20,000 bases of DNA. It comes from an uncultured virus (IMG/VR IMGVR_UViG_3300023283_000176) (Duplodnaviria > Heunggongvirae > Uroviricota > Caudoviricetes). The stretch lies in IMG/VR virus record IMGVR_UViG_3300023283_000176, one strand, 5' to 3'. The notes below the pieces were generated by a model. The model was not told where the DNA came from. It saw only the letters and a list, made by a program, of their open reading frames with translations, and did not search any database. A program made the position numbers and the translations under genes. Positions 9,482-17,965 of this stretch are shown piece by piece. Position 1 is the stretch's first letter. Each line of letters starts with the position of its first letter.

Positions 9482-9985
9482 TTAACCGTCTTTATCTTTT
9501 TTAGTGGATTTCTTTTTGGTGGGCGATTTTTTGGTCACTTTTTTCTTAGTCGCTGTCTTAGTCGTATCTTGGTCATTGTCTTGGTCAGTGTCGCCATCAT
9601 CACCATTATCAGCTTCCATGACCTCAATAATATCATTAGTGGCTGGTACGCCAACCAATTCTGCTTTAATTAAAGATGGAAATGTGTTTTTAGCGCCAAC
9701 AACTTGACCAACTTTTAAAATTGTTTCATCTGAAACATCGTCAAAAAAGTCGGAACCGATATATTCTGGTTCATCGTCATTTTCAAGATAATTAGCAACC
9801 AATTCAGGATCAGTCACAAGAACATATCTGCCTCTTTTGTAGAAACTGTGACTCAAAAGGGCTTTGATTTCTTCTTTATCAGTAGTGGTTTTTGTGCCTT
9901 TTGAAAAGTAAATTTCTTTTTCGCCAGCAAAAATGGGACCAATTCTGTTCTGTTTAGGTGATTTGGATGCAAAAGTTACTTCCAT
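9482..9985 (-). CDS. Hypothetical protein (167 aa) with an acidic then Lys/Thr-rich C-terminus; probable start ATG 9985
   Basis: ATG 9985 lies after the capsid terminator and is preceded by two TTTAAACCC half-elements; IYFSKGTKTTTDKEEIKALL resembles small proteins commonly found after capsid genes. Confidence 0.72.
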   Translation of the reverse strand: MEVTFASKSPKQNRIGPIFAGEKEIYFSKGTKTTTDKEEIKALLSHSFYKRGRYVLVTDPELVANYLENDDEPEYIGSDFFDDVSDETILKVGQVVGAKNTFPSLIKAELVGVPATNDIIEVMEADNGDDGDTDQDNDQDTTKTATKKKVTKKSPTKKKSTKKDKDG

Positions 9986-10018
9986 TGTCGTAGGGTTTAA
10001 ATTTGAAGTTAGGGGTTT

Positions 10019-10052
10019 AAAAAAGACACTAACCCCGTCAAGAGTTAGTGTC
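10019..10052 (-). terminator. Rho-independent terminator after the major capsid gene
   Basis: Minus strand GACACTAACTCT-TGAC-GGGGTTAGTGTC-TTTTTT: 12-bp stem (two G-U pairs), 4-nt loop, U6; begins 9 nt after the capsid stop. Confidence 0.85.
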
Positions 10053-10061
10053 CGAGTCGGT

Positions 10062-11408
10062 TTATTCTTCCTCAATCGCCGCCGTATATTGTAAGAGTGT
10101 AGTTTTGAGTCCCTCAGTCGTTTTAACACGCATGATTTCTTCCTCATCACCACCGCTTTCTTTGAAGGTCTCACTGGATGGACCTTCATTCCTCATCACG
10201 AGCCGCTCAGTAGATTGCTCAATCGGAATAAGCATTCCGACAGCTTTACCGGCTCCTTCCCTCAACGAACCCCCTACGAGTGGGTGTTTGTATTCTAAAA
10301 TGGGTGCATGAACAAAATCAATGACTCCGAGATTATGTTCAAATCGCATGGTTCGGACACCAGCTACAAATTCGTTTCCGTAAAACCTTTGCTTGTCCTC
10401 AAATGCTTTACTCAAGTAGGAAGCGAATTTACCGCTGATAAAGCACTGTCGGAAATCAGGTCCGCCAGATTCAGCGCCAAAAGCAAACTCAATCAAAGCA
10501 TAAATGCTATTCTTGAATGTTTCTTTGTCAAAAGAACCAGATACTTGTGTTTGTAGTGTGTGTAGGTTCTTGCTGGACAATCTGTCCCAAAGACCGGCAG
10601 AAGTGTGTACCTCGTCGCCATTGTCCAGGGTCACGGTATTGTCAACTCCATAGATATAACCAAGAGACCGAGATCGTCTAAGTTCTTTAAACAGATCAGC
10701 TTCCTGTTCCATAAGGAAATCCAGAAAGTGTTCTTGGTTGTTAGATCTCGGAGTGTAGCCGGTATCATGGACAATTTTTCGAATGAGAGTGTACTCCATT
10801 GTGGAGATTTTACCTCTGGGTTCCGGATCGTAATTCCGGTCAGAACCTCTTAGGGCGTCCATTCGATCAATTTTAGCATCGGCCTTGTCTGCAACAGGCA
10901 AAGTTGTGCCGTCGGCTGAATCAAGTACCATTGACACTTTATTAGCATCAACTGTATTGATTTCGCGGATAATACCAAAACTGTAAGAAGAATTGGTGTC
11001 CACATAACGCACTCTATCTCCCACACGGAAAATATTAGCGTCCTCTGGACTTACTTCAAAATTGGCTCTGGTTGCAGGAACATAAGATGTCCCACCACTA
11101 ACGTTGTTAATAACGTCATCGGCGTCAGTTACTCCTGTAGCCAGACCAGTCGCTTCATCAGGTAAAAGGTCGTCCTTATTGGTCCATTCATGTTTAAAAT
11201 TGGTTACGGTATCAAATCCACCGAACAACTGAATAAAAGTGTCGATGGTATTGTCATAAGGTTTGTATAATGCTACTTCTCTTGCAACGCTTCTCTTTTT
11301 GAAAGAGCCATAGCCTGCGTCTTGTCCCAGTCCCTCGTCATACGATGTAAGAATATCGTATTGATTAAGAACGGAATTGGGTGCATTTCCGTCAATTTCT
11401 AAAGCCAT
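10062..11408 (-). CDS. Major capsid protein (HK97 fold; SU10/DUF5309-like) (448 aa)
   Basis: Portal-scaffold-capsid order, followed by a terminator; TNFKHEWTNKDDL and ELRRSRSLGYIYG..HTSAGLW resemble DUF5309 capsids (recalled). Confidence 0.85.
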   Translation of the reverse strand: MALEIDGNAPNSVLNQYDILTSYDEGLGQDAGYGSFKKRSVAREVALYKPYDNTIDTFIQLFGGFDTVTNFKHEWTNKDDLLPDEATGLATGVTDADDVINNVSGGTSYVPATRANFEVSPEDANIFRVGDRVRYVDTNSSYSFGIIREINTVDANKVSMVLDSADGTTLPVADKADAKIDRMDALRGSDRNYDPEPRGKISTMEYTLIRKIVHDTGYTPRSNNQEHFLDFLMEQEADLFKELRRSRSLGYIYGVDNTVTLDNGDEVHTSAGLWDRLSSKNLHTLQTQVSGSFDKETFKNSIYALIEFAFGAESGGPDFRQCFISGKFASYLSKAFEDKQRFYGNEFVAGVRTMRFEHNLGVIDFVHAPILEYKHPLVGGSLREGAGKAVGMLIPIEQSTERLVMRNEGPSSETFKESGGDEEEIMRVKTTEGLKTTLLQYTAAIEEE

Positions 11409-11416
11409 TAAATTGG

Positions 11417-11429
11417 GTGTTTAGAGGTT
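11417..11429 (-). promoter_or_regulatory. AACCTCTAAACAC start-proximal element
   Basis: 12/13 match, 8 nt upstream of capsid ATG 11408. Confidence 0.72.
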
Positions 11430-11434
11430 AATAA

Positions 11435-12634
11435 TTAAAGATCAAGTTTGTATTTGTTTTTTCTTTGGTTTAGATCTTTAGACATACGTTCAAGTTGTCT
11501 CTGCCTCATTTTATCTTCTATTGTTTGAGGTTCTTCTTTTTTACTTCTTGATGTTTCTTGACGTTTACCTGTAGTTGTGAACAATCTCTGTTCTTTTTTC
11601 TCTGACTTTTTATTATCAGTGTCTTGATCATCGTCCACCTGTGGTTCAATACCACGTCGGTTCATAACTTCCTGGGTCGCTTTTAGTACAGCGTCCTCAC
11701 GGATCAGTCGTTGGTCTTTAGGATCACGAAAAGACTTGGCTTCTTCATAAATTTCGTCAAACAAGTCTTTATGTTCGTTCGTGAAATTGAGACCAAACTC
11801 AACCACGGCTTTGTCAAAACCATCTTCAAAACGGGCTGTGTTGGTGTTGCTCAGTTGCTGTCTTTCAGCTTGTTGAGCTTCTTTTTGCTTCGCCTCTTGC
11901 AAGCTCTGTTGAACCTGTTTATTTACGAGGTTTGGCATCTGCTCGTTCATAAACTTAGATTGAGCAGTCAATATGGCCCGTTCTCTATCGAAATCGTTCA
12001 GATTATCAAAATTCTCATCCAAATAACCTGACTCAATGAGTCGTTCAGTTGTGGGCAGGTACTCATCGTCGACTCCGAGTTTACCTTGATCTTTAGATGT
12101 GTTGCTCGATTTACCATCTGGCTTCGAGCTTTCAAGATTAATCAGGCTCTCGACATCTTCATTTGCTACCGCCTTTTCAAAAAGTGAGCGCAGTGCAGGG
12201 TTTTTTTCAAGAACATCTTCAACCTTAGAAGTTACTTGCTTCGTCTGATTGTATTCGTTCAATACCTTTTTGTGCGCCTGATTCAGCTTATTGTACTCAC
12301 GTTGTGATTCAAGGTAGCTGTTTTCCAAATTCTCAACGTTCCCACCAAAAACTTTGTCAAGAACTGACTGAGAATCCTTTTGATCAGCCGACCCAACCTC
12401 GTCGGAGTCGTCATCTGAATCTTCATTTTCAAGATAAGAACTATTATTATCGTTTCCAAGATTTTCCTCGCCAACAGAAGAATTTTTTTCGTCGCCATCT
12501 TCTTGTTCAGATTGATCTTGTGAATCGTTTTCATTAATGTCCTCATCATTTTGGTCGTTTTCGTTTTGACCTTGTGCATTCTGGAATGCTTGTTGTAGTG
12601 ATTCTTTACGAGCTTTTTCTAATTCATCCATCAT
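11435..12634 (-). CDS. Capsid scaffolding protein (about 399 aa)
   Basis: Between portal and capsid; acidic low-complexity N-terminus, LENSYLESQREYNKL coiled coil, charged C-terminal helix. Start is ATG 12634 or ATG 12631. Confidence 0.8.
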   Translation of the reverse strand: MMDELEKARKESLQQAFQNAQGQNENDQNDEDINENDSQDQSEQEDGDEKNSSVGEENLGNDNNSSYLENEDSDDDSDEVGSADQKDSQSVLDKVFGGNVENLENSYLESQREYNKLNQAHKKVLNEYNQTKQVTSKVEDVLEKNPALRSLFEKAVANEDVESLINLESSKPDGKSSNTSKDQGKLGVDDEYLPTTERLIESGYLDENFDNLNDFDRERAILTAQSKFMNEQMPNLVNKQVQQSLQEAKQKEAQQAERQQLSNTNTARFEDGFDKAVVEFGLNFTNEHKDLFDEIYEEAKSFRDPKDQRLIREDAVLKATQEVMNRRGIEPQVDDDQDTDNKKSEKKEQRLFTTTGKRQETSRSKKEEPQTIEDKMRQRQLERMSKDLNQRKNKYKLDL

Positions 12635-12639
12635 TGTAG

Positions 12640-12652
12640 GGGTTTAGAGGTT
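12640..12652 (-). promoter_or_regulatory. AACCTCTAAACCC start-proximal element
   Basis: Exact 13-mer 5 nt upstream of ATG 12634 and 8 nt upstream of ATG 12631. Confidence 0.75.
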
Positions 12653-12658
12653 AATAAA

Positions 12659-14917
12659 TTACTGTTGTACTTGTTGTTGTTGCGAGGTTCGCAATTCTCC
12701 CTCACGATTTGTTCTATCTTCTATTGCTTGTAATCTGTTTGGTTCATTAGCGTTTCTTTGTAAACTGTTGCCACCATTAAACTGTCTGCCTTGAGGTTGT
12801 TCATTTTGTTGCTCTTGGCGTGCTCTCTCTGCTTGTAGTCTTGCTTGTTTGATAATTTTATCAGCGTTCTCAGCAGTCATATTTGGATCATTCAAAAGGA
12901 TCTCTTGCAGACGTTGTATGTCAACACTGTTTTGTAATTGATCTCTCATTTGTTCACGTCTAAATTCTTTTAGGCGTCTTATAATATCAAACCGATTTGG
13001 ATGTGAACTAAATTCAAGAGCTATTTCAAGTGGGACAGCACCACCAAAAGCAAGTTCCATCATACGATCTTCAAATTGATCGTTTGCTTGATGATCCTCT
13101 GACTTCGGTCTCAGTGTAAATGAAAATTCGCCGGATTTAATCCCGGATTCAAACAGAGCAAAATCAACTTGTTCATCGAAATTGGTTTGGGCAAACTGTC
13201 CCATTTCTTTACCAATTAAACGCGAAACTGCTTGTGGATTTTCTTTTGCGTAGTCAACAACAGATGGAACCATTTTCTTCTTGTAAAAGGATTCCAAAGC
13301 ACGAACAAAATTATCAAATATCAATCCATTCGTAGTTTCACCTTGTTCGATCTGCATTTTGAATCTGGATGCTGGGGTTTCGCTTTGAGTGACCCCTAAC
13401 TGAGCCAAATTAACACCTGAAACTCGGAACAATCTATTGTCGTAATCAGCAATGATGTTGTTAATGGCAGGAATGCCTTCGCCTACAGTATTAATCTGTG
13501 TCATAACATCATTAATACTACGATTATATTTTAATTTAAGTACCAGCATGCCGCCAATTCTGGTGTATTCATCGGCAATGTCAGTAACGTCCAAATCTGA
13601 ATCGTCTAAGACTTTTTGATCAACAACCAACATACCTTTCGCCGAGTGTGCCATCATCAACTCTCGAATAGCCAGGGCTTTGTTTAATGCCACAATAATG
13701 TCCTCAATGTCCTCAAGAAAACCATTAAAGAACCCATCATTGTGTTGGGGAAAAAAGGGTCCATAAGGATGTGTATCAAAAGGATATGGTGATCGTTGGT
13801 GTAAAAATAAACTGTTAAAAGCGAAAACCATTTGAAACCATACAGGTAAATAATCAACATTCAATTCAAATCTCTGATCTACCATTGCTAATACTCTTTC
13901 ACGCGCATCGTCACCAAGTAATAGTTCTTCATCAGATGTGCCTTCAACTTCTTGTTGGATGTCATTGAACATTTTAATTGCTAACGCATCCAAAACTTTA
14001 TCTTCGGTCATCTCAGGTGGTGCATATTGTTCATCACCTGTCTCCGTGTCTGTGATCAAAATCCGTTCTTCAACATCACGATAATACAAATCCATGACCT
14101 TTAACTGCATGGTATCTTGATCATCAAATCTCCACCAATTTCTCCACCTTTGATGGGGTTCAAAACGATTACGATGTCTCTTATTGGTATAAAATTCAAA
14201 CTGTTCACGAATTTGCTCGGCATGGTCGGGAAACGCTTTAACTATGTCCGATTCATACCAACGTACCTTATCACCAATGAACTCAACATCAGAAAGATCA
14301 TACTCAATGCTGTTTGTGTCCCATATCATTCGATTAAGTCCTCGACGAACGGGTACGGGACGACCGTATTTATCCAAATCGACTTTTAAAAAATCTGCCC
14401 CGGTAATCGCTCCACCCTCAAAACAATCTGATTCTTTCCATTTGGTCCCATTAATGTCACGTAATTTGGTCAGTAAACCAGAAACCATTTGTGCATATTT
14501 ATCATCTGCATGTTTTGCATAAAAATCTCTGGCTTCTTCAATACTGTTAAAAAGGTCAATGTTCTTTTCAACAAAAGTGTCGACATACTGTTCTTTACGA
14601 TCTGTACTATGTATATCCAACGGAACAAATTCATACTCGAAACGTCTGGCTCTTTGTTTCGATATCAGATTATTGATAAGTGGTCGAGCAACCGAAAACT
14701 CAATTGGTGTGGCGTCAAATGATTCGAAAAATTCAATATCATCTTCCTGCCATACAGCATTTTTATGAAGATTGAGCATTCGTTCTCCCGTATCATATTC
14801 GTCTGAAAGCTCAATTTCTGCCTGATTAATGCGTTCAGTCCATTGATTGACTAAATCCATTGCCTCATCATCAGGGAGGTCTGTAAAGTTGATAAATGCG
14901 TCTTTAGAAAAATTCAT
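12659..14917 (-). CDS. Portal protein (P22-like, with Gln-rich C-terminal extension) (752 aa)
   Basis: Directly after terminase; IWDTNSIEYDLSDVEF, SPYPFDTHPYGPFF..GFLEDIEDIIVALNK and RVSGVNLAQLG are typical of P22-type portals. Confidence 0.9.
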   Translation of the reverse strand: MNFSKDAFINFTDLPDDEAMDLVNQWTERINQAEIELSDEYDTGERMLNLHKNAVWQEDDIEFFESFDATPIEFSVARPLINNLISKQRARRFEYEFVPLDIHSTDRKEQYVDTFVEKNIDLFNSIEEARDFYAKHADDKYAQMVSGLLTKLRDINGTKWKESDCFEGGAITGADFLKVDLDKYGRPVPVRRGLNRMIWDTNSIEYDLSDVEFIGDKVRWYESDIVKAFPDHAEQIREQFEFYTNKRHRNRFEPHQRWRNWWRFDDQDTMQLKVMDLYYRDVEERILITDTETGDEQYAPPEMTEDKVLDALAIKMFNDIQQEVEGTSDEELLLGDDARERVLAMVDQRFELNVDYLPVWFQMVFAFNSLFLHQRSPYPFDTHPYGPFFPQHNDGFFNGFLEDIEDIIVALNKALAIRELMMAHSAKGMLVVDQKVLDDSDLDVTDIADEYTRIGGMLVLKLKYNRSINDVMTQINTVGEGIPAINNIIADYDNRLFRVSGVNLAQLGVTQSETPASRFKMQIEQGETTNGLIFDNFVRALESFYKKKMVPSVVDYAKENPQAVSRLIGKEMGQFAQTNFDEQVDFALFESGIKSGEFSFTLRPKSEDHQANDQFEDRMMELAFGGAVPLEIALEFSSHPNRFDIIRRLKEFRREQMRDQLQNSVDIQRLQEILLNDPNMTAENADKIIKQARLQAERARQEQQNEQPQGRQFNGGNSLQRNANEPNRLQAIEDRTNREGELRTSQQQQVQQ
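12680..12699 (+). promoter_or_regulatory. Palindromic TTGCGA-GGT-TCGCAATTCTC site at the 3' end of the portal gene
   Basis: 20 nt identical to 8185-8204; 27 nt from the scaffold start element. Confidence 0.55.
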
Positions 14918-14918
14918 A

Positions 14919-16793
14919 TTATCTTCGGCCTAATTTCGATTGTTTTCCTTTCAATTTATTTTCATCTGGATATTTGTATCCGCGTCCACGTCCTTTACGG
15001 CCCAATTGTGATTGTTTCTTGCCTCTTGACCGCATTCTTTCCTGAGTAATGATTTGTTCATAATCTGTCCCTTCATCATTCATTTTGGCAATTTCTTCTT
15101 CCCATTTATCACTGCCCCATATACAAAGGGCCATAGCAATCACTTGGTCATCATGTTTTCCTTCTTTAGCTTCTGGTCGTACGCGTCCATTCTTCCAGAC
15201 TTTAACAAAATCAATATGTTCTTGGACGGCAGATAAATCAGGTATTTTATCGTAATTGTCTCTCAACCAAATTTTATAATCGTCAAGTAATAATTTTCTT
15301 GTTTCTTTGTTGGTTTGGAATCCAAAGTTTAATCTATTACCAACCGTCATAAAATAAACTTCACCATTGTATGGGATTAATCCGTCCGGTTTGATGATGT
15401 TCACCAAGGTTGCGAGGTTGCTCTCAGGAATTAAAAGACCTGTGTTGTAGTAATACCCTATTTTCATCATAACAAGGGCAAGTTTATCTTCGTCCATTCT
15501 CCCATACCATTTAGCTGGAAAATTTTCTTCCAAGCGATCATATACAAAAATAGCACCATAGTCGCCACCCTCTACATTACGGGATGGATCTGCTCCAATG
15601 ACGTATCTATTCTCCCATGTAGGATCTGGTTCGACATAGACTTTTAAATTACCGTCTCCAATTTCAAATTCGATGTCATCATTGATTTCACCATAAACAT
15701 GATCTTTTTCGCCTATATTTTTTAAATTTTCTTTTACCGTGAAAAGGGTTTGTGAATTAAAAAAACAAGTATCAGTAGCTAAAAAGGCGTCTTTTGGAAA
15801 TGTCGGATAATATCTATAAGCTTCGTTCAAATCATAGGAGCACTTATTTTTAATACACCACCGATACCAATTCACTCGTTCAAGAGAAAGACCCATTTCA
15901 TCAATCATGTATTCTTCTCTTTCCTTGTATTTGTCCTCTCCAATGGTTCCAAAATCTACACCATCCAAATCTGTCATTTGATTTTTGTATAGTGGCAACA
16001 AATACTTACTGTGTTCGTACCACGGCAAAAAAACAGGTCTATATCCATCAAACTGTTCTTTAGCGCCGGACTTAAATTTAGACCATTGTTCTTCCGATGT
16101 GTCCCATAGTTTATAAAATCCTTCACCAGTGCCCGAAATGCCGTTTGCTGTTGATTCAAGATTCACAAAAATGTCAGCTTTACGTGGTAATGCTTGAGAA
16201 GTAGAACTAAGTACATCCTTGAAGTGTATGTAATTTGCACATTCACTTAAATGGACTGCATTCAAAGTAATGCCTTTACCAACATTGTCTCCACCACCAG
16301 CAGTTCGGACGTTTAATCGGGAACCAAGTCCCTTAAACTCCATTTTTTTACCACTCAATGATTTTGTTTCCGGCCTAATTGGGTAATCAGATTGAATTAT
16401 ATTGCCTTCATCATCTATGATATCAACAGTGGTGGGCATATTTGTATATGCTCTTGTGTATATATCATACAACAATTGTGTTGTATCATCATCGTGAGCA
16501 AGGACTTGTACATTGTAGAGATCGACCAAACTCATGTTATCAATGTTTCGGAGTCCTGTGTCTGTACTCACACCCAATTGTCGCCCTTTTAATGTGATCA
16601 GACGAATTTGTGCATGACCATAAATTTCTTTAGTGCGCTTTTTTTCTTCTTCAATTATCTTATTTAAACGTAACTGAGATTCGTTGGGAGTGTATGTGAT
16701 TAGACGATTGTCCTCAGAACGAATATGGTATAGATGGGGCGCCCTTGTAATAAAATCACGAAAATCTCGTATGTTGATTTTAGGATTCTCCAT
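14919..16793 (-). CDS. terL: Terminase large subunit (624 aa)
   Basis: Walker A ITLKGRQLGVST, Walker B AVHLSECA, coupling motif LESTANG, RNase H-like nuclease motifs YVIGADPS and HDDQVIAMAL. Confidence 0.95.
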   Translation of the reverse strand: MENPKINIRDFRDFITRAPHLYHIRSEDNRLITYTPNESQLRLNKIIEEEKKRTKEIYGHAQIRLITLKGRQLGVSTDTGLRNIDNMSLVDLYNVQVLAHDDDTTQLLYDIYTRAYTNMPTTVDIIDDEGNIIQSDYPIRPETKSLSGKKMEFKGLGSRLNVRTAGGGDNVGKGITLNAVHLSECANYIHFKDVLSSTSQALPRKADIFVNLESTANGISGTGEGFYKLWDTSEEQWSKFKSGAKEQFDGYRPVFLPWYEHSKYLLPLYKNQMTDLDGVDFGTIGEDKYKEREEYMIDEMGLSLERVNWYRWCIKNKCSYDLNEAYRYYPTFPKDAFLATDTCFFNSQTLFTVKENLKNIGEKDHVYGEINDDIEFEIGDGNLKVYVEPDPTWENRYVIGADPSRNVEGGDYGAIFVYDRLEENFPAKWYGRMDEDKLALVMMKIGYYYNTGLLIPESNLATLVNIIKPDGLIPYNGEVYFMTVGNRLNFGFQTNKETRKLLLDDYKIWLRDNYDKIPDLSAVQEHIDFVKVWKNGRVRPEAKEGKHDDQVIAMALCIWGSDKWEEEIAKMNDEGTDYEQIITQERMRSRGKKQSQLGRKGRGRGYKYPDENKLKGKQSKLGRR

Positions 16794-17548
16794 TATACTA
16801 TTTTTCTGACTTTTATGTCTTTAAGAGAACCTACGGCCGTTTTGGTTTGGTCGATTAACCATTCAATATCTTCTATATCAAGATTCACAGATTGTGTCTC
16901 AAATTGGACCCCAATGAACCCTGCTTTGTTTTTAGAAAGGGTTTTAAAAACAGGAACTAACAACAATGATTGAACACCGTTATCTTCCATCAACCGACGT
17001 AAATTTTTCGGGGCCTTATGTTGTGATACAAAAGCAAAACCTTGTCGGTTCATTTGCTTGTATCCCTTCATGATTAAATCCATCGAACGATTGTACATAT
17101 CTTCTTCTGGAACTTTTACCCCAGGTTCTCCCTGATATCGAACAATTGTGAATCTGCCGGAAGGAAAATCGCCAAAATTGTCTCCATTGTGGTACTTACA
17201 CACAAAAACACATTTCGCGCCAAATCTTGATTTAATTTTTTGAAGTAAATCGTCCATTTGCATTTTCAACAAATCAGACGGAAACGCGACAAATTTTTTC
17301 AGTGTTTTATTTTGTGTGAGGTATCCTGAAATTATTGCGATCACCCCACCACCCAACAGGAAATAAGATATTTTATCTTGTCCAAAAAAAGTGGGTTCGT
17401 GAATGAACCCCTCAAGAAAGCCTATGATGGTGCATGTATAACCAAAAACCTTTAAAATTTTTCCCAAAAGTGAATCGTCAGCACGTAAACGATCAGAAAT
17501 TAAATTGAAAATTGTGCTGACGTTAATGGAATCAAAAATGGTTTTCAT
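16793..17548 (-). CDS. Membrane protein with two TM helices and a C-terminal GAF-like domain; holin candidate (251 aa from ATG 17548)
   Basis: Hydrophobic ILKVFGYTCTIIGFLEGFI and ISYFLLGGGVIAIISGYL; FGAKCVFVCKYHNG..NGVQSLLLVPVF..AGFIGVQF is a GAF pattern; TAATG-coupled to terL. Confidence 0.6.
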   Translation of the reverse strand: MKTIFDSINVSTIFNLISDRLRADDSLLGKILKVFGYTCTIIGFLEGFIHEPTFFGQDKISYFLLGGGVIAIISGYLTQNKTLKKFVAFPSDLLKMQMDDLLQKIKSRFGAKCVFVCKYHNGDNFGDFPSGRFTIVRYQGEPGVKVPEEDMYNRSMDLIMKGYKQMNRQGFAFVSQHKAPKNLRRLMEDNGVQSLLLVPVFKTLSKNKAGFIGVQFETQSVNLDIEDIEWLIDQTKTAVGSLKDIKVRKIV

Positions 17549-17560
17549 GGATTGCAAATG

Positions 17561-17573
17561 GGGTTTAGAGGTT
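17561..17573 (-). promoter_or_regulatory. AACCTCTAAACCC start-proximal element
   Basis: Exact 13-mer 12 nt upstream of ATG 17548. Confidence 0.7.
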
Positions 17574-17683
17574 GTACTTGGATAAATACAAAAGCAAAAT
17601 AAGAGTTATTTAGTTAAAAACCTGAAAATTCCTTGACAACAGATCAAAAAAATAATAACCAACCAAATTCGTGTGGAGAAGTC

Positions 17684-17701
17684 TTGCGAAGTAGTTCGCA
17701 A
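17684..17701. promoter_or_regulatory. Palindrome TTGCGAA-GTAG-TTCGCAA (operator-like)
   Basis: 7-bp perfect arms, 51 nt downstream of the left TTGACA; same half-site as the dispersed motif. Confidence 0.55.
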
Positions 17702-17830
17702 AAAAAGAAGTGAATCAAAGCCAATACAAAGACATAACTACTCCGTAACTTAAATAGAACGTTTCATCCTTACTCTTTCACTAATCTATCCAAACAATAC
17801 TGACCCAAAATAAGAAAGGTAAAGAATTAA

Positions 17831-17931
17831 TCCCCCCTATAGTCCCCCCTTGATAAGAAAACGAAAGAAACAAAGGGGGTTCTTTTCTTTCCTTTCTTTT
17901 CTCTTTCTCGTTCCTTCTTCTCTTTTTTCTT
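17831..17931. other. TCCCCCCT-ATAG-TCCCCCCT core, CCCCCTT/AAGGGGG stem and 52-nt polypyrimidine tract; origin- or terminus-like
   Basis: Direct repeat at 17831-17838 and 17843-17850; stem 17845-17851 with 17873-17879; 17880-17931 has one purine. Function inferred. Confidence 0.45.
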
Positions 17932-17965
17932 GCGAGGGGTTCGCAATTTTGCGAGTGTCGCAATT
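17930..17965. promoter_or_regulatory. Tandem palindromes TTGCGA-GGGGT-TCGCAATT and TTGCGA-GTG-TCGCAATT (operator-like)
   Basis: 17930-17948 and 17949-17965: four alternating half-sites in 36 nt. Confidence 0.6.

Noticed and set aside
9986..10189. 68-aa N-terminal extension in the ORF-track call 9482..10189
   Set aside because: It overlaps the capsid gene and spans the terminator; ATG 9985 has start-element half-sites. Kept only as a weak frameshift hypothesis.
15410..15419. TTGCGAGGTT in terL as another palindrome copy
   Set aside because: Matches only the first 10 nt; the TCGCAA half-site is missing.
4163..16973. Numerous short plus-strand and alternate-frame ORFs within the structural operon
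   Set aside because: They fully overlap long genes with clear motifs and have no start elements or recognisable domains.
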